Part shown: one piece after another, positions 22,127 to 32,621 of the stretch
Layout: each line of letters opens with the position of its first letter
How positions within the stretch are numbered: the first letter of the stretch is position 1
Assembly (NCBI GenBank): GCA_963702205.1
Contig: OY969724.1
Coordinates: forward strand, 3,424,001 to 3,488,000
DNA from: an uncultured candidate division Zixibacteria bacterium
GTDB taxonomy: Bacteria > Zixibacteria > MSB-5A5 > GN15 > PGXB01
DNA length: 64,000 bases
Reading direction: 5' to 3'
The notes under the pieces: model-generated
Databases searched by the model: none
Seen by the model: only the letters and a program-made list of their open reading frames with translations
What the model was told of the DNA's origin: nothing
Position numbers and translations under genes: made by a program

Positions 22127-23485
22127 TCACGCTATCCAGATCGTCTTCAAATTGACAAACTCTTTAATCCCAAAGTGCGACAGTTCGCGCCCATAACCGG
22201 ATTTCTTGATGCCTCCGAACGGCAGGCGCGGATCGGACTTGGTCAACCCATTGACAAACATCGCACCGGTTTCCACCCTTCGTGCGACCGCTTCGGCTTT
22301 GGCCAAATCCCTCGACCAGACCGATCCACCCAACCCAAACATGGAATCGTTGGCGACCTCAATCGCTTCCTCCATGTCTTTCACCGGAATAATCGCCGAC
22401 ACCGGCCCGAACGTTTCTTCTTCGTACGCCGGCATTCCCTTTTTGATGTCGGTAAGTACCGTCGGTTCGTAGAACGCCCCCGGGCCGTCGATAATTTTCC
22501 CGCCGCACAAAAGCCGCGCTCCCATCTCTATTGATTTGCGAACCTGCCGGTCGAGGTCATCGCGCAAATCCTGTCGGGCCAGCGGTCCCACCTGCACTGA
22601 TTCGTCGAGCGGGTCGCCGACTTTCATCGCCTTCATTATGGCCGACTTCTGTCCTTCGAACTGTTTTACAACACTTTCAACGACAATGAACCTCTTGGCG
22701 GCAATACAGCTCTGCCCGGCGTTAATCATGCGGGCGGTGGCGGCTGTTTTCACACAGGCTGGAAGATCGGCGTCTTCGAGCACGATGTACGGGTCCGAAC
22801 CGCCCAGTTCCAGCAGACATTTCTTGATTTCGCGTCCAGCCGCCGACGCCACCGCCATCCCGGCCGGTTCGCTGCCCGTCAAAGAAATCGCTTTGACACG
22901 GTCGTTTTTGATCACGTCGTCAACCAGCCGAGACGAAATCATCAATGTCCGAAACAGGTTTTCCGGAAACCCGGCCTTGTGGAAAATCCCCTCAATAGCC
23001 TGTGCCGAACCGGGGACGTTCGAGGCATGTTTTAATACCCCGGCATTTCCGGCCATCAAAGCCGGAGCGGCAAACCGAAACACCTGCCAGAAAGGAAAAT
23101 TCCACGGCATGACGGCAAGTATCACACCGAGCGGCTGAAAAGCCACGAAACTGCGCGAGGCATCGGATTCGATCACTTCGTCGGCCAGAAATCTCTCGGC
23201 ATTGTCGGCGTAGAAATCACACACCCAGGCACATTTCTCGACTTCGGCCCGCGACTCGGAGATTATCTTGCCCATTTCGTTCGACATCAACCGCGCAAAA
23301 TCATCTTTCTCCGCGCGAAGCACCTCTGCCGCACCGTGCATAAGTTTGCTCCTGTGCGCGAAATCCGTTTTGCGCCAGGACAGAAATTCACGGTGCCCGT
23401 CTTCGATAATGGTCGACACCTGTCCGGCACCGTGTTCAGGATATTCTTTTATAAGTTTCCCGGTTGCGGGATTGATCGCTTTCAC
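22127..23485 (-). CDS. gabD: NAD(P)-dependent succinate-semialdehyde dehydrogenase (Sad/GabD-like)
   Basis: MPWNFP, LKHASN, LTGSE, LELGGSDP, NAGQSCIAAKR, EETFGP, PFGGIKKSGYGRE. Confidence 0.85.
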   Translation of the reverse strand: MKAINPATGKLIKEYPEHGAGQVSTIIEDGHREFLSWRKTDFAHRSKLMHGAAEVLRAEKDDFARLMSNEMGKIISESRAEVEKCAWVCDFYADNAERFLADEVIESDASRSFVAFQPLGVILAVMPWNFPFWQVFRFAAPALMAGNAGVLKHASNVPGSAQAIEGIFHKAGFPENLFRTLMISSRLVDDVIKNDRVKAISLTGSEPAGMAVASAAGREIKKCLLELGGSDPYIVLEDADLPACVKTAATARMINAGQSCIAAKRFIVVESVVKQFEGQKSAIMKAMKVGDPLDESVQVGPLARQDLRDDLDRQVRKSIEMGARLLCGGKIIDGPGAFYEPTVLTDIKKGMPAYEEETFGPVSAIIPVKDMEEAIEVANDSMFGLGGSVWSRDLAKAEAVARRVETGAMFVNGLTKSDPRLPFGGIKKSGYGRELSHFGIKEFVNLKTIWIA

Positions 23486-23738
23486 ATCACACTCCGTACG
23501 TTTATCAAATCCATTTATTATATATATACAATATTACCGGTCTGGGAAATTATAAAGATTCCTGCAGGTCACGCCGACTTGCCGAAGGTCCTGCCTGCGC
23601 TGAGCCAGCGAAGTGAGCCTTGCGAAGGGCGGCGTGATTCTTAATTAACGCTGTCATTATTTAACGAAGATGTCAGGCCCCGATTAGGCCTGAGACTATG
23701 GAAAGGCCAAAAACAGGCGATGCCTGTCACCTCGGTAT

Positions 23739-23791
23739 GTTCCGTCAGGTGTTGATTTCAACGAATTAGAAATTGTCACCTGACGGTAAAC
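23739..23791. repeat. REP-like palindromic repeat, family A (intact copy)
   Basis: gttccgtcaggtg...cacctgacggtaaac; related copies at 48187, 48785, 49078, 63418, 63474. Confidence 0.8.
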
Positions 23792-23797
23792 TGCTGT

Positions 23798-26476
23798 TTA
23801 CGAAAACAGCGGATTGATCTTTTCCGGATCGATATTCAGATCGCCCGCGGCCCTGGACGGCAATTTCTTATCTATGAATCCATCGCGACTCAACCCGTAC
23901 AGCGCCGCCACGACAATATTCCTGGCGTCGACTTCAAAATGCCCCCGCAATTGTGTCCGTCCGTCGGAGCGACCGAACCCGTCGGTCCCCAGCACAATAA
24001 AGCGGCCCGGCATCCATTTACCGATCGAATTGGGCACGGCTTTGACATAATCCGAAGAAGCTACGAACACGCCTTTTGTGCCTTCGAGATACTCATTGAC
24101 GTACGGTACCTTGGGCGATTCCTCGGGATGCCGTACATTCCACCGCTCGACGTCGACGGCATCGTTATAGAGCTCTTTATAGCTCGTCACCGAATATACG
24201 TCGGTCGGGATATTATAGTCCTTTTCAAGGATTTCGGCTGCCTTTAAAGACTCGTTCAAAATCGCCCCGCTGCCGAATAGGTGCGCCTTGAACCCATTTG
24301 CTTTTTTCGAGGATTCTTTGTATCGATACATGCCGCGTAATATATTTTGTCGGACTCCTTCCGGCATCGGCGGCATGGCATAAAATTCGTTCATAACCGT
24401 AATGTAATAAAACAGGTTTTCCTGGTTTTCGTACATCCGGTGCAGGCCGTTCTTGACTATCACCGCCAGCTCGAAAGCGAAAGCGGGATCGTACGCCTTA
24501 AGATTCGGCACCGAAAAAGCGTAGAGATGGCTCTGCCCGTCCTGGTGCTGCAGCCCTTCCCCGGCCAGGGTGGTCCGGCCACTGGTGCCGCCGACAAGGA
24601 ATCCTTTCGCCTGCATATCCCCGGCCGCCCAGATCAAATCGCCGATACGCTGAAAACCGAACATCGAATAATATATGAAAAACGGAATGATATTGATACC
24701 GTGCGTGGCATACGCCGTTCCGGCGGCGATAAAAGACGACATCGACCCGGCCTCGGTGATACCTTCTTCAAGGATGACGCCGTCTTTCGCTTCTTTATAG
24801 TACAACAGGCTTTCTCTGTCCACCGGCTCGTACTTCTGGCCCTGGCTGGCATATATCCCCACTTTGCGGAAGAGCGATTCCATGCCGAACGTCCGGGCTT
24901 CGTCCGGAACTATGGGGACGATTGACTTTCCGACATTAGCATCGTCGAGCAGCTTGGAAAGTATGTGCACGAGAACCATGGTCGTCGTCACTTCACGCTC
25001 GCCCGTGCCCTCGTAATATTCATCGAACAATTCCGGCGATTTTACTTTAAGCGGACCGACCGTAACCTTGCGCTCCGGAAGATACCCGCCCAGCGCGTTG
25101 CGGCGATCGTGCAAATATTTGTATTCCGAGCTGTCCTCCGGCGGACGGTAGAACGGGGCCTCGGCCACTTCACTATCCGAAATCGGAATCCCGAACCGGC
25201 TGCGGAACTCGCGCATTTCCTGCTCGTTTAATTTTTTCTGCTGGTGCGTGATGTTTTTGCCTTCCCCGGCTTCACCGAGACCGTACCCTTTGATCGTCTT
25301 GGCCAGAATGACCGTCGGCGATCCCTTATGCTCGAAAGCGGCCTTATAGGAAGCGTAGACTTTCTCCGGATCGTGGCCGCCGCGACGAAGTTTCTGGAGT
25401 TTCTCGTCCGAATAATTCTTCACCATTTCCAGAAGGCGTTCGTCCGTACCGAAAAAATCCTTGCGGATATAATCGCCGCCGGTGACGGTGTACTTCTGAT
25501 ACTGCCCGTCGACACACGACCCCATCCTGGCCACGAGAACACCATCGGTATCACGGGCCAGAAGCGGATCCCAGTCCGCACCCCAGATGACCTTGATCAC
25601 ATTCCACCCCGCGCCTCGGAAAACTGATTCCAGTTCCTGAATAATCTTGCCGTTGCCCCGCACCGGTCCGTCCAGTCTCTGGAGATTGCAGTTCACGACA
25701 AAAATCAGGTTGTCGAGCTTTTCGCGCGAGGCCAGCGTAATCGCCCCCAGCGCTTCCGGTTCATCGAGCTCACCATCACCGAGGAAAGCCCAGACTTTGG
25801 AATCAGTCGCTTTTTTCAGTCCGCGATCGACGAGGTATTTATTGAAACGCGCCTGGTATATCGACATGATCGGCCCCAGTCCCATCGAAACCGTCGGAAA
25901 CTGCCAGAAATGGGGCATCAGCCACGGGTGGGGATATGATGAAAGCCCGTCCCTGGATATAACCTCATGGCGGAAATGCTTGAGGTTTTCCTCGCTCAGA
26001 CGACCTTCGACAAACGCCCGGGCGTACATTCCCGGCGCGGCATGCCCCTGGAAATAGACAATATCGCCCTCCTGCTTATCTGTCCGTCCCCGGAAGAAAT
26101 GATTGAACCCGACCTCATACAGCGTGGCGCTGGAGGCATAGGTAGAAATATGCCCGCCGATGGAACTGTCGGCCCGGTTGGCCCGAACCACCATCGCCAT
26201 GGCATTCCAGCGAATTATGCTCTTGATTCGTCGCTCGATCTCGCGATTGCCCGGAAAGGCCGGCTGACGGTCGGCCGTGATAGTATTCACATATGGTGTA
26301 TTGTCCGAAACGGCCAAATATATCCCATAATCCCGGGCCTTGCTTTCCAGCTTGGCCAGTATATCGTACACCCTCGACGAGCCTTCGGTCTTAAACAGTT
26401 CATCGAGTGAATCGAACCACTCGCGATCTTCTTCGACCGCATCATAGGTATTATCCACGTCTTTATCTTCTGACAT
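23798..26476 (-). CDS. aceE: Pyruvate dehydrogenase E1, homodimeric type
   Basis: GGHISTYAS, LSSYPHPWLMP, FPTVSMGLGP, GDGELDEPE, NLQRLDGPVRGN, GEGLQHQDG. Confidence 0.97.
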   Translation of the reverse strand: MSEDKDVDNTYDAVEEDREWFDSLDELFKTEGSSRVYDILAKLESKARDYGIYLAVSDNTPYVNTITADRQPAFPGNREIERRIKSIIRWNAMAMVVRANRADSSIGGHISTYASSATLYEVGFNHFFRGRTDKQEGDIVYFQGHAAPGMYARAFVEGRLSEENLKHFRHEVISRDGLSSYPHPWLMPHFWQFPTVSMGLGPIMSIYQARFNKYLVDRGLKKATDSKVWAFLGDGELDEPEALGAITLASREKLDNLIFVVNCNLQRLDGPVRGNGKIIQELESVFRGAGWNVIKVIWGADWDPLLARDTDGVLVARMGSCVDGQYQKYTVTGGDYIRKDFFGTDERLLEMVKNYSDEKLQKLRRGGHDPEKVYASYKAAFEHKGSPTVILAKTIKGYGLGEAGEGKNITHQQKKLNEQEMREFRSRFGIPISDSEVAEAPFYRPPEDSSEYKYLHDRRNALGGYLPERKVTVGPLKVKSPELFDEYYEGTGEREVTTTMVLVHILSKLLDDANVGKSIVPIVPDEARTFGMESLFRKVGIYASQGQKYEPVDRESLLYYKEAKDGVILEEGITEAGSMSSFIAAGTAYATHGINIIPFFIYYSMFGFQRIGDLIWAAGDMQAKGFLVGGTSGRTTLAGEGLQHQDGQSHLYAFSVPNLKAYDPAFAFELAVIVKNGLHRMYENQENLFYYITVMNEFYAMPPMPEGVRQNILRGMYRYKESSKKANGFKAHLFGSGAILNESLKAAEILEKDYNIPTDVYSVTSYKELYNDAVDVERWNVRHPEESPKVPYVNEYLEGTKGVFVASSDYVKAVPNSIGKWMPGRFIVLGTDGFGRSDGRTQLRGHFEVDARNIVVAALYGLSRDGFIDKKLPSRAAGDLNIDPEKINPLFS

Positions 26477-26727
26477 ATCTTAAACTCCCCGCATTATAAA
26501 CTAATGCCATAAAAGTAAAGCAGACTGTGGGTCAACAGCAACGTCAAAATTCAGACGCTTCTGCCTCCTCGCCCCAATCTTTAATAAACTCTAACATGCC
26601 GGATTGAGAATGGTTTCACGAACGTTGATTTTTCGTCGGGAGCTGGGACTACGAGACGAGTTCCGCAAATGGATCATTGAAAATGCGGTCGCTCTATGCA
26701 GTTGAGCGGGAGACCGGTGATATTATC

Positions 26728-26756
26728 TTGTGAGCGGCTGCGATTGAAGCTATAAT
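26728..26756 (+). promoter_or_regulatory. Sigma70-like promoter for the MFS gene
   Basis: TTGTGA-17 nt-TATAAT. Confidence 0.6.
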
Positions 26757-26884
26757 GAGGATTGGGACTAACCAGGCCAAAAGGCTGGCTGAGGTATACA
26801 GGCGGAGTGCTGCCCGGATGGAGCGGCGGTTGATTGCGGGTAGTCCCAAGGGCAACGATAGCCCGAATAGAAAGGAGCGAGCCG

Positions 26885-28045
26885 ATGGAGACCGGTAGAC
26901 GATCGGCATTACGATTTGTCGTCCTCCTCGGGCTGGTCAGCCTCTTTGCGGACGTCACGTACGAGGGTGCCCGCAGCATCAACGGACCGTATCTCGCCAT
27001 ACTTGGAGCCAGCGCCGCCGTGGTTGGTTTTGTCGCGGGTCTGGGTGAACTCATTGGTTATGGCCTCCGGATCATCACTGGACTAATAAGTGACCGCACC
27101 CGCAGGTACTGGGCTATCACAATCATTGGTTATACGGTCAATCTGCTGGCTGTCCCGGCCCTTGCCCTGGCCGGACGCTGGGAAATCGCCGCCATACTCA
27201 TGATTACTGAAAGGCTGGGGAAGGCTATTCGGACACCCGCGCGTGACGCAATGCTTTCCCATGCTTCATATGAAATGGGCCGAGGTCGGGCGTTTGGTCT
27301 CCACGAGGCCCTCGACCAGGTCGGGGGAATGCTGGGCCCAATCGTAATTGCTGTCATTCTGGCTCTCAAGGGTGGCTATCAGAATGGTTTCGGCATTCTG
27401 ATTATTCCGGCGGTTCTGGCACTGACCGTACTTGTGGTCGCCCGGCGAATTTACCCGCATCCTCACGATCTGGAGCCGTCGGTTTCCGGGCAGTCGACCG
27501 GATTTCAATCGACATACTGGATATATCTGGCCGGAGTCGCCTGTATCGCGATCGGCTTTGCGGACTTCTCCCTGATCTCGTTTCACATGAAGACCGCCGG
27601 AATTGTCCCTGACACATGGATACCTTTGATATACGCCCTGGCGATGGGCATCGACGCGTTGAGCGCCCTTGTCCTCGGACGATTTTATGATAAGCACGGA
27701 CTCAAAGCGGTCATGGTGTTGGTCGCGATTTCGGCGTGGTTCGCGCCATTTGTCTTTCTCGGCGGACGGATCATGCTGATCGCAGGCATGGTTCTCTGGG
27801 GAATTGGCATGGGCGCGCTTGAATCGACAATTCGTGCTGTCGTCGCCGATCTAATTCACCGTGACCGACGAGGTACCGGCTACGGCATGTTCAACGCCGG
27901 GTTCGGTATCGCCTGGTTTGTTGGCAGCGCCGTGATGGGTATCCTTTATGAACAATCGTTACTGGCAGTTGCGGCGTTCTCGGTCATTTTTCAGCTATTG
28001 GCACTGCCATTCATGTATGGCGTGCAGAAACGAATGAGCAAATGA
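26885..28045 (+). CDS. MFS transporter
   Basis: About 12 TM helices, GLISDRTRR and GRFYDKHG motif-A loops; AAAGGAG before ATG 26885. Confidence 0.9.
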   Translation: METGRRSALRFVVLLGLVSLFADVTYEGARSINGPYLAILGASAAVVGFVAGLGELIGYGLRIITGLISDRTRRYWAITIIGYTVNLLAVPALALAGRWEIAAILMITERLGKAIRTPARDAMLSHASYEMGRGRAFGLHEALDQVGGMLGPIVIAVILALKGGYQNGFGILIIPAVLALTVLVVARRIYPHPHDLEPSVSGQSTGFQSTYWIYLAGVACIAIGFADFSLISFHMKTAGIVPDTWIPLIYALAMGIDALSALVLGRFYDKHGLKAVMVLVAISAWFAPFVFLGGRIMLIAGMVLWGIGMGALESTIRAVVADLIHRDRRGTGYGMFNAGFGIAWFVGSAVMGILYEQSLLAVAAFSVIFQLLALPFMYGVQKRMSK

Positions 28046-28162
28046 CTGCCACGATTGATAATAGCTTGCAAAGAGTGATATGGGGAGTTGACCGATCTGT
28101 AATATATGGTCGGATAATAATTTAGAAAATGGCGGGCTTTTTCTAAAATTAAAAAATGGAAT

Positions 28163-31100
28163 CTATTCCGAATCTTTGTCCTTAGATCCTACATTTGCTT
28201 CCTGTTTGCGGTCGAGTTCATTCCTGACGGCGCGAGCCAATGATTTAATTGTCAACGGCTTGCGAATAAAAGCCCCTGCCCCCAGATGCAGGGCTTCCTC
28301 TATTCGTTCGCTGTGGGCAAAACCGGAAACCACGAGAGCCTTTTGATCGGGATTCAGCCTTAGAATGCGACCAAAGGTTTCGGTCCCGTCGATTCCCGGC
28401 GGCATTATCATATCGAGGATAATCAAATCGGCCCCATCGTCCCTGAAATACTCGACCGCCGCTTCCCCGCTTTTAACCGCCTGCGCGTCATAGCCCAGGT
28501 TGCGAAGTAGTGTCAGACAAACCGTCCGCTGAAGTTCATCGTCATCGACGACGAGGATTTTTTCATTGCCTCCGACAATCGTACTGTCTTCAGCTCCGGG
28601 CAGCGATTCCCGGGTGACGGGGAAATACAGATAAAACGACGTCCCCTGCCCCAACCGGCTGTCGAAATCGATGTATCCGTTGTGATCTTCAACCACGGCA
28701 TGGACGACGCTCAAGCCCAGGCCGGATCCCCGGCGCCGGTCGCTGGTTTTCGTAGAAAAGAACGGATCGAAAATTTTCGCGGCGACTTCGGGCGGTATTC
28801 CCGAGCCAGCATCCGAGACTGTCAGTTTGACATATTCCCCGGTCGGCACGCGGTTGTTTTTGCCCAGGGGATGATCGACATAGAAATTTTCGGTTCTGAA
28901 ATAAAGAGCCCCCACTTCTTTCATGGCATCGAGGGCATTAATGGCCAGGTTCGAAACGACCCTGAAGATCTGGGACGCCCCACCCTTGAATAAGAACAAA
29001 TCCTTTTCATAATCGGCGTTCACTTTGATGCCGACGTGCAAAGATACATGCTGCTTGATTACGTCCCGAACAATGGTGTTCATATCCAGCGGTTCCAGAT
29101 TATAATGACCGCGGCGGCCCAGTGTCAGAAGTTGCTGGTTAATTTCGGCGATTTGCACCGCCGCCCGTTCCATGTCGTTTACGTATCCGATTATGGGGCT
29201 TTCGGGCGAAATTTCATCCCGGATCAATTCCGGATAGGCCATAAGAGGCGCCAGAAGATTATTGAAATCGTGGGCCACCTGTCCGGCGATTCTACCGGCC
29301 GTTTCCAACCGCTGTGCCCGCTCCGCCAGGTCGCGCAGGCGGTTGGTTTCGGTGACGTCGCGGAAAACAAGAACAACACCCAAAATGGCACCGTCCCGGG
29401 CCCGTATCGGTGCACCGCTGTCGGCGATGGCCCGTTCGGTTCCGTCGCGGGAAACCAGCATCGTATGATTGGCCAGTCCGACTATCGTATCGAATTTAAT
29501 GACTTTTTCCACCGGGTTATCACAACGCTCCCGGGTCTTCTCATTAATAATATGAAATACTTTTTCGAGCTTTTGTCCCAAAGCTTCTTCCTTTTTCCAT
29601 CCGGTCAGCTCTTCGGAAATGTGATTAAATATTACGACAGTCCCGGATGTATCCGTAGCGATAACGCCGTCACCGATAGAACTTAATGTGACAGCCAGCC
29701 TTTCTTTTTCGGCTTCCAGGACTTCCCTTGCTCGTTTTCTTTCAGTGATATCCGTCACGATACCGACAAACCCCGTGAGCTTTCCGTTTTCGTTGTAGCG
29801 GTAGGCCCAATCGAGCTGGATGTCGATTTCATCCCCGGTTTTGGTGCGGCAGGCACGGATAATTGGCTTTGGCTCCGGCTGTTCTTCCAAAATACTTTTG
29901 AACAGACCAATATCTTTTGCTCGCTGCATATCGTCGGCAACCACGCTAAGGAAGTTCATTCCGATCATTTCGCCCTTTTCATACCCGAAAATCCGGTGAT
30001 ACGATTCGTTGGCGTACATAATGCGTCCGTTCGCGTCGATTATTTTGACACCGTGGGGAATTGTCTGGACCAATGATCGAAACTGATTTTCGGATTTTAA
30101 CAGTGCATTGATTGCGGCATTCTTTTCCGTGATATCGAGGCCGGAACTAATAGTCTGTATTATATTCCCGTCAGCATCCCTGATGACCGAATTCTGCCAG
30201 GCAATAACCCGAGTCTGTCCGTCACTGGTCAGGACTTCATTTTCATAATATTCTGCCGGCTCTATTTCCCCGGACATTAATTTTCCATAAACAGCCTTGA
30301 CATTATCCCTGATTTTTTCCGGAATCACCAGGTCGAACCAGTTTTTGCCCAGAATCTCGTCTTTTTCAAATCCCAGGACCTCACACCCTTTTTTATTGAT
30401 CAGGCTTACGATCATGTTGCGGTCGATCGCCACAAAAATCGACCCGGCCAGACTTAGATATTGCTTTGCCCTGTCGCGTTCGCGGAGGATTTTCAATTCA
30501 GCATTACGCCGTTCCGTGACGTCATGAAATACCAGCACGGCTCCTTTGATTGCACCTTTATCGTCTTTGATGGGAGCTCCACTGTCTTCAATCGGATATT
30601 CCTGACCGTTTCTGGATATAAGGACCGTATGATTAGCCAGACCGACTATCGTTCCCTCGTGAAAAACCTGTTCAATCGGATTATCAACGGCTTCCCGAGT
30701 CAATTGATTTATTATTTTAAAAATGTCGTTCAAAGGTCGACCGGTCGCCTCTTCCGACTCCCACCCGGTTAGTTCTTCTGCGACGGGATTAATGAAAGTC
30801 ACCGTACCATCCACGTCCGTGCAAATGACCGCGTCGCCGATGCTCCTTAAAGTCGTCGAAAGCCACTTTTTACTGGTGGCCAATTCCGCCACGTGTTCGT
30901 TGCGAACCTTCTGATGATCTATATTCGCCAGAGCCAGAGATATATCATCGGCGATCTCTTTTAACAACTGTTGTTCCTGATCGTCATCAACGAATTCGGG
31001 CGAACCCGATACCACCAGGGCTCCCAAAACTCCGATTCTACGACTTAACCTTACGGCCAGAATCCCGCGATTGAGGCAAAATGAATGGCCGAGGCATGCC

Positions 31101-31642
31101 TCGCATTCAGCATTCTGCATACGAATGACGCCCGAGTTCTCGGTATTAAAGACCATGGTAAGACAAGTCGGCAACTTGCCCTCATCGAGCGATTTCTTAA
31201 TGTCTTCAAACTGGCCGCCAAAACCCGACTCGGCGTGTTTTATTGGTTTGCCCGCCTTATCAACCAAACATATCCAGCTGGTATGATATTCTCTGCTTTT
31301 GGTTAATTCTTCGCATGCCCTTTTAATCAGTACATCCTTGTCATGCACGCGCGTAATTATTTGATTGATATTTCTGACAGCCGCCAGAACGGCGTTGACG
31401 TGAGCCAGGCGCTTCAAATTATCATTCTTAATGCCAACCTGCCGGGCTATGAACAGGCCGAATGATGAAATAATGCCAATGATCACCAGTCGCATGAATA
31501 TTTCATGCCCCGGCACATGTGTAAAAGCAATCGACCAAAAGTCCTGATTATAATAAAAAAAATGATCAACGAGGCTGTCAATGAACCACGAAGCAGCCGC
31601 CAATAAAACGGTAAACAAAATTATATTTATTCTAGATTTCAT
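28163..31642 (-). CDS. Multi-sensor hybrid histidine kinase (TM-GAF-4xPAS-HisKA-HATPase-REC)
   Basis: AGQVAHDFNNLL, NLAINALDAM, FDPFFSTK, GSGLGL; REC VVDDD..ILDMIMP..KP. Confidence 0.93.
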   Translation of the reverse strand: MKSRINIILFTVLLAAASWFIDSLVDHFFYYNQDFWSIAFTHVPGHEIFMRLVIIGIISSFGLFIARQVGIKNDNLKRLAHVNAVLAAVRNINQIITRVHDKDVLIKRACEELTKSREYHTSWICLVDKAGKPIKHAESGFGGQFEDIKKSLDEGKLPTCLTMVFNTENSGVIRMQNAECEACLGHSFCLNRGILAVRLSRRIGVLGALVVSGSPEFVDDDQEQQLLKEIADDISLALANIDHQKVRNEHVAELATSKKWLSTTLRSIGDAVICTDVDGTVTFINPVAEELTGWESEEATGRPLNDIFKIINQLTREAVDNPIEQVFHEGTIVGLANHTVLISRNGQEYPIEDSGAPIKDDKGAIKGAVLVFHDVTERRNAELKILRERDRAKQYLSLAGSIFVAIDRNMIVSLINKKGCEVLGFEKDEILGKNWFDLVIPEKIRDNVKAVYGKLMSGEIEPAEYYENEVLTSDGQTRVIAWQNSVIRDADGNIIQTISSGLDITEKNAAINALLKSENQFRSLVQTIPHGVKIIDANGRIMYANESYHRIFGYEKGEMIGMNFLSVVADDMQRAKDIGLFKSILEEQPEPKPIIRACRTKTGDEIDIQLDWAYRYNENGKLTGFVGIVTDITERKRAREVLEAEKERLAVTLSSIGDGVIATDTSGTVVIFNHISEELTGWKKEEALGQKLEKVFHIINEKTRERCDNPVEKVIKFDTIVGLANHTMLVSRDGTERAIADSGAPIRARDGAILGVVLVFRDVTETNRLRDLAERAQRLETAGRIAGQVAHDFNNLLAPLMAYPELIRDEISPESPIIGYVNDMERAAVQIAEINQQLLTLGRRGHYNLEPLDMNTIVRDVIKQHVSLHVGIKVNADYEKDLFLFKGGASQIFRVVSNLAINALDAMKEVGALYFRTENFYVDHPLGKNNRVPTGEYVKLTVSDAGSGIPPEVAAKIFDPFFSTKTSDRRRGSGLGLSVVHAVVEDHNGYIDFDSRLGQGTSFYLYFPVTRESLPGAEDSTIVGGNEKILVVDDDELQRTVCLTLLRNLGYDAQAVKSGEAAVEYFRDDGADLIILDMIMPPGIDGTETFGRILRLNPDQKALVVSGFAHSERIEEALHLGAGAFIRKPLTIKSLARAVRNELDRKQEANVGSKDKDSE

Positions 31643-31744
31643 CCAAAACTTCCCCCAATTATCGATCGTGAGCACGTTGTCGATCTATACCGGATGTTTT
31701 AAAATACAAACATGTCCATTTTAAATCAACAAAAAAGTAGGGGT

Positions 31745-32497
31745 TTAGTCGACTTTCAGGATCGAATTTAGCACAACCCTGACACTGTCTGACATGATTT
31801 CATATCCGGCTCGATTGGGATTGATAGCATCCCTGGCGTAATCAGTATTTAAAAAGCCCTTCGGGTTCTTCAATGCTGAAAATATATCGATCAACGCGAT
31901 ATTATTATTACGGCAATATTTGCTCAGCCATATGTTATAAGTCGTTATGCTGTCGGCAATTTTATAGGCACCGTTTTCGAAAACGAAGGCGCTGTCGGCC
32001 AAAATCGGCATCAGGGACAACACTACCGGGACAATGTCATTCTGACGCGCCAGATCGACCATGCTGACGAAATAATCCTGTATTTCCGCCAGCGACTCGG
32101 GCAGGCGAAGATTATATGAGCTGATCTCCAAAACAACGGCTTTGGGATGCAATTCAATGACATCGGGACGGAATCGCAGCAGCATTCCGGCCGCGCGCTG
32201 ACCCGGTATCCCCCGATTGACGGCCTCAATCTCAGGAAAGGACGATTGCAAATCCCAGTTTTTTATAAGCTGCGTTCCGAAAAATACCACGCGATTGGAA
32301 ACCAGTGTATCGCTTTTCAGGTGTTCATTTTCATTTTGATAATATTGTCGACCGGAGAATTCCTCGACGACGCTGACATATTTGTCCAACCATTCATTGA
32401 TATGGCCGCGATATTCCAGCGCTTTGCGGGCGACATAAATGACCCCAAGGTTGCCCACCAGCGATACGATCAGGACTATTTTCCAGATTCTTTTCAT
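31745..32497 (-). CDS. SGNH/GDSL-fold protein with substituted catalytic residues
   Basis: VVFFGTQ (cf. GDS), NRGIPGQ, RFRPDV, DAINPNRAGY (cf. DGxHP); N-terminal TM; start taken at MKRIWK. Confidence 0.75.
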   Translation of the reverse strand: MKRIWKIVLIVSLVGNLGVIYVARKALEYRGHINEWLDKYVSVVEEFSGRQYYQNENEHLKSDTLVSNRVVFFGTQLIKNWDLQSSFPEIEAVNRGIPGQRAAGMLLRFRPDVIELHPKAVVLEISSYNLRLPESLAEIQDYFVSMVDLARQNDIVPVVLSLMPILADSAFVFENGAYKIADSITTYNIWLSKYCRNNNIALIDIFSALKNPKGFLNTDYARDAINPNRAGYEIMSDSVRVVLNSILKVD

Positions 32498-32621
32498 AAC
32501 AGTACCCGAATGAATAATCCCATCCCCATCGGCCCGATGCAACAAAAAATATTTTAGTATTTCGCACCGCCTATTAAAGGGTGCTTGCCGATTCGCCAAT
32601 TTAAGCGTATTTTGGGCACCT

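Noticed and set aside
26762..26850. TPP riboswitch call from ggCTGAG
   Set aside because: The downstream CCTGA..GCG.AGGGA elements are absent
29380..30860. Two similar IVGLANHT segments in the hybrid kinase
   Set aside because: Ordinary PAS domain duplication
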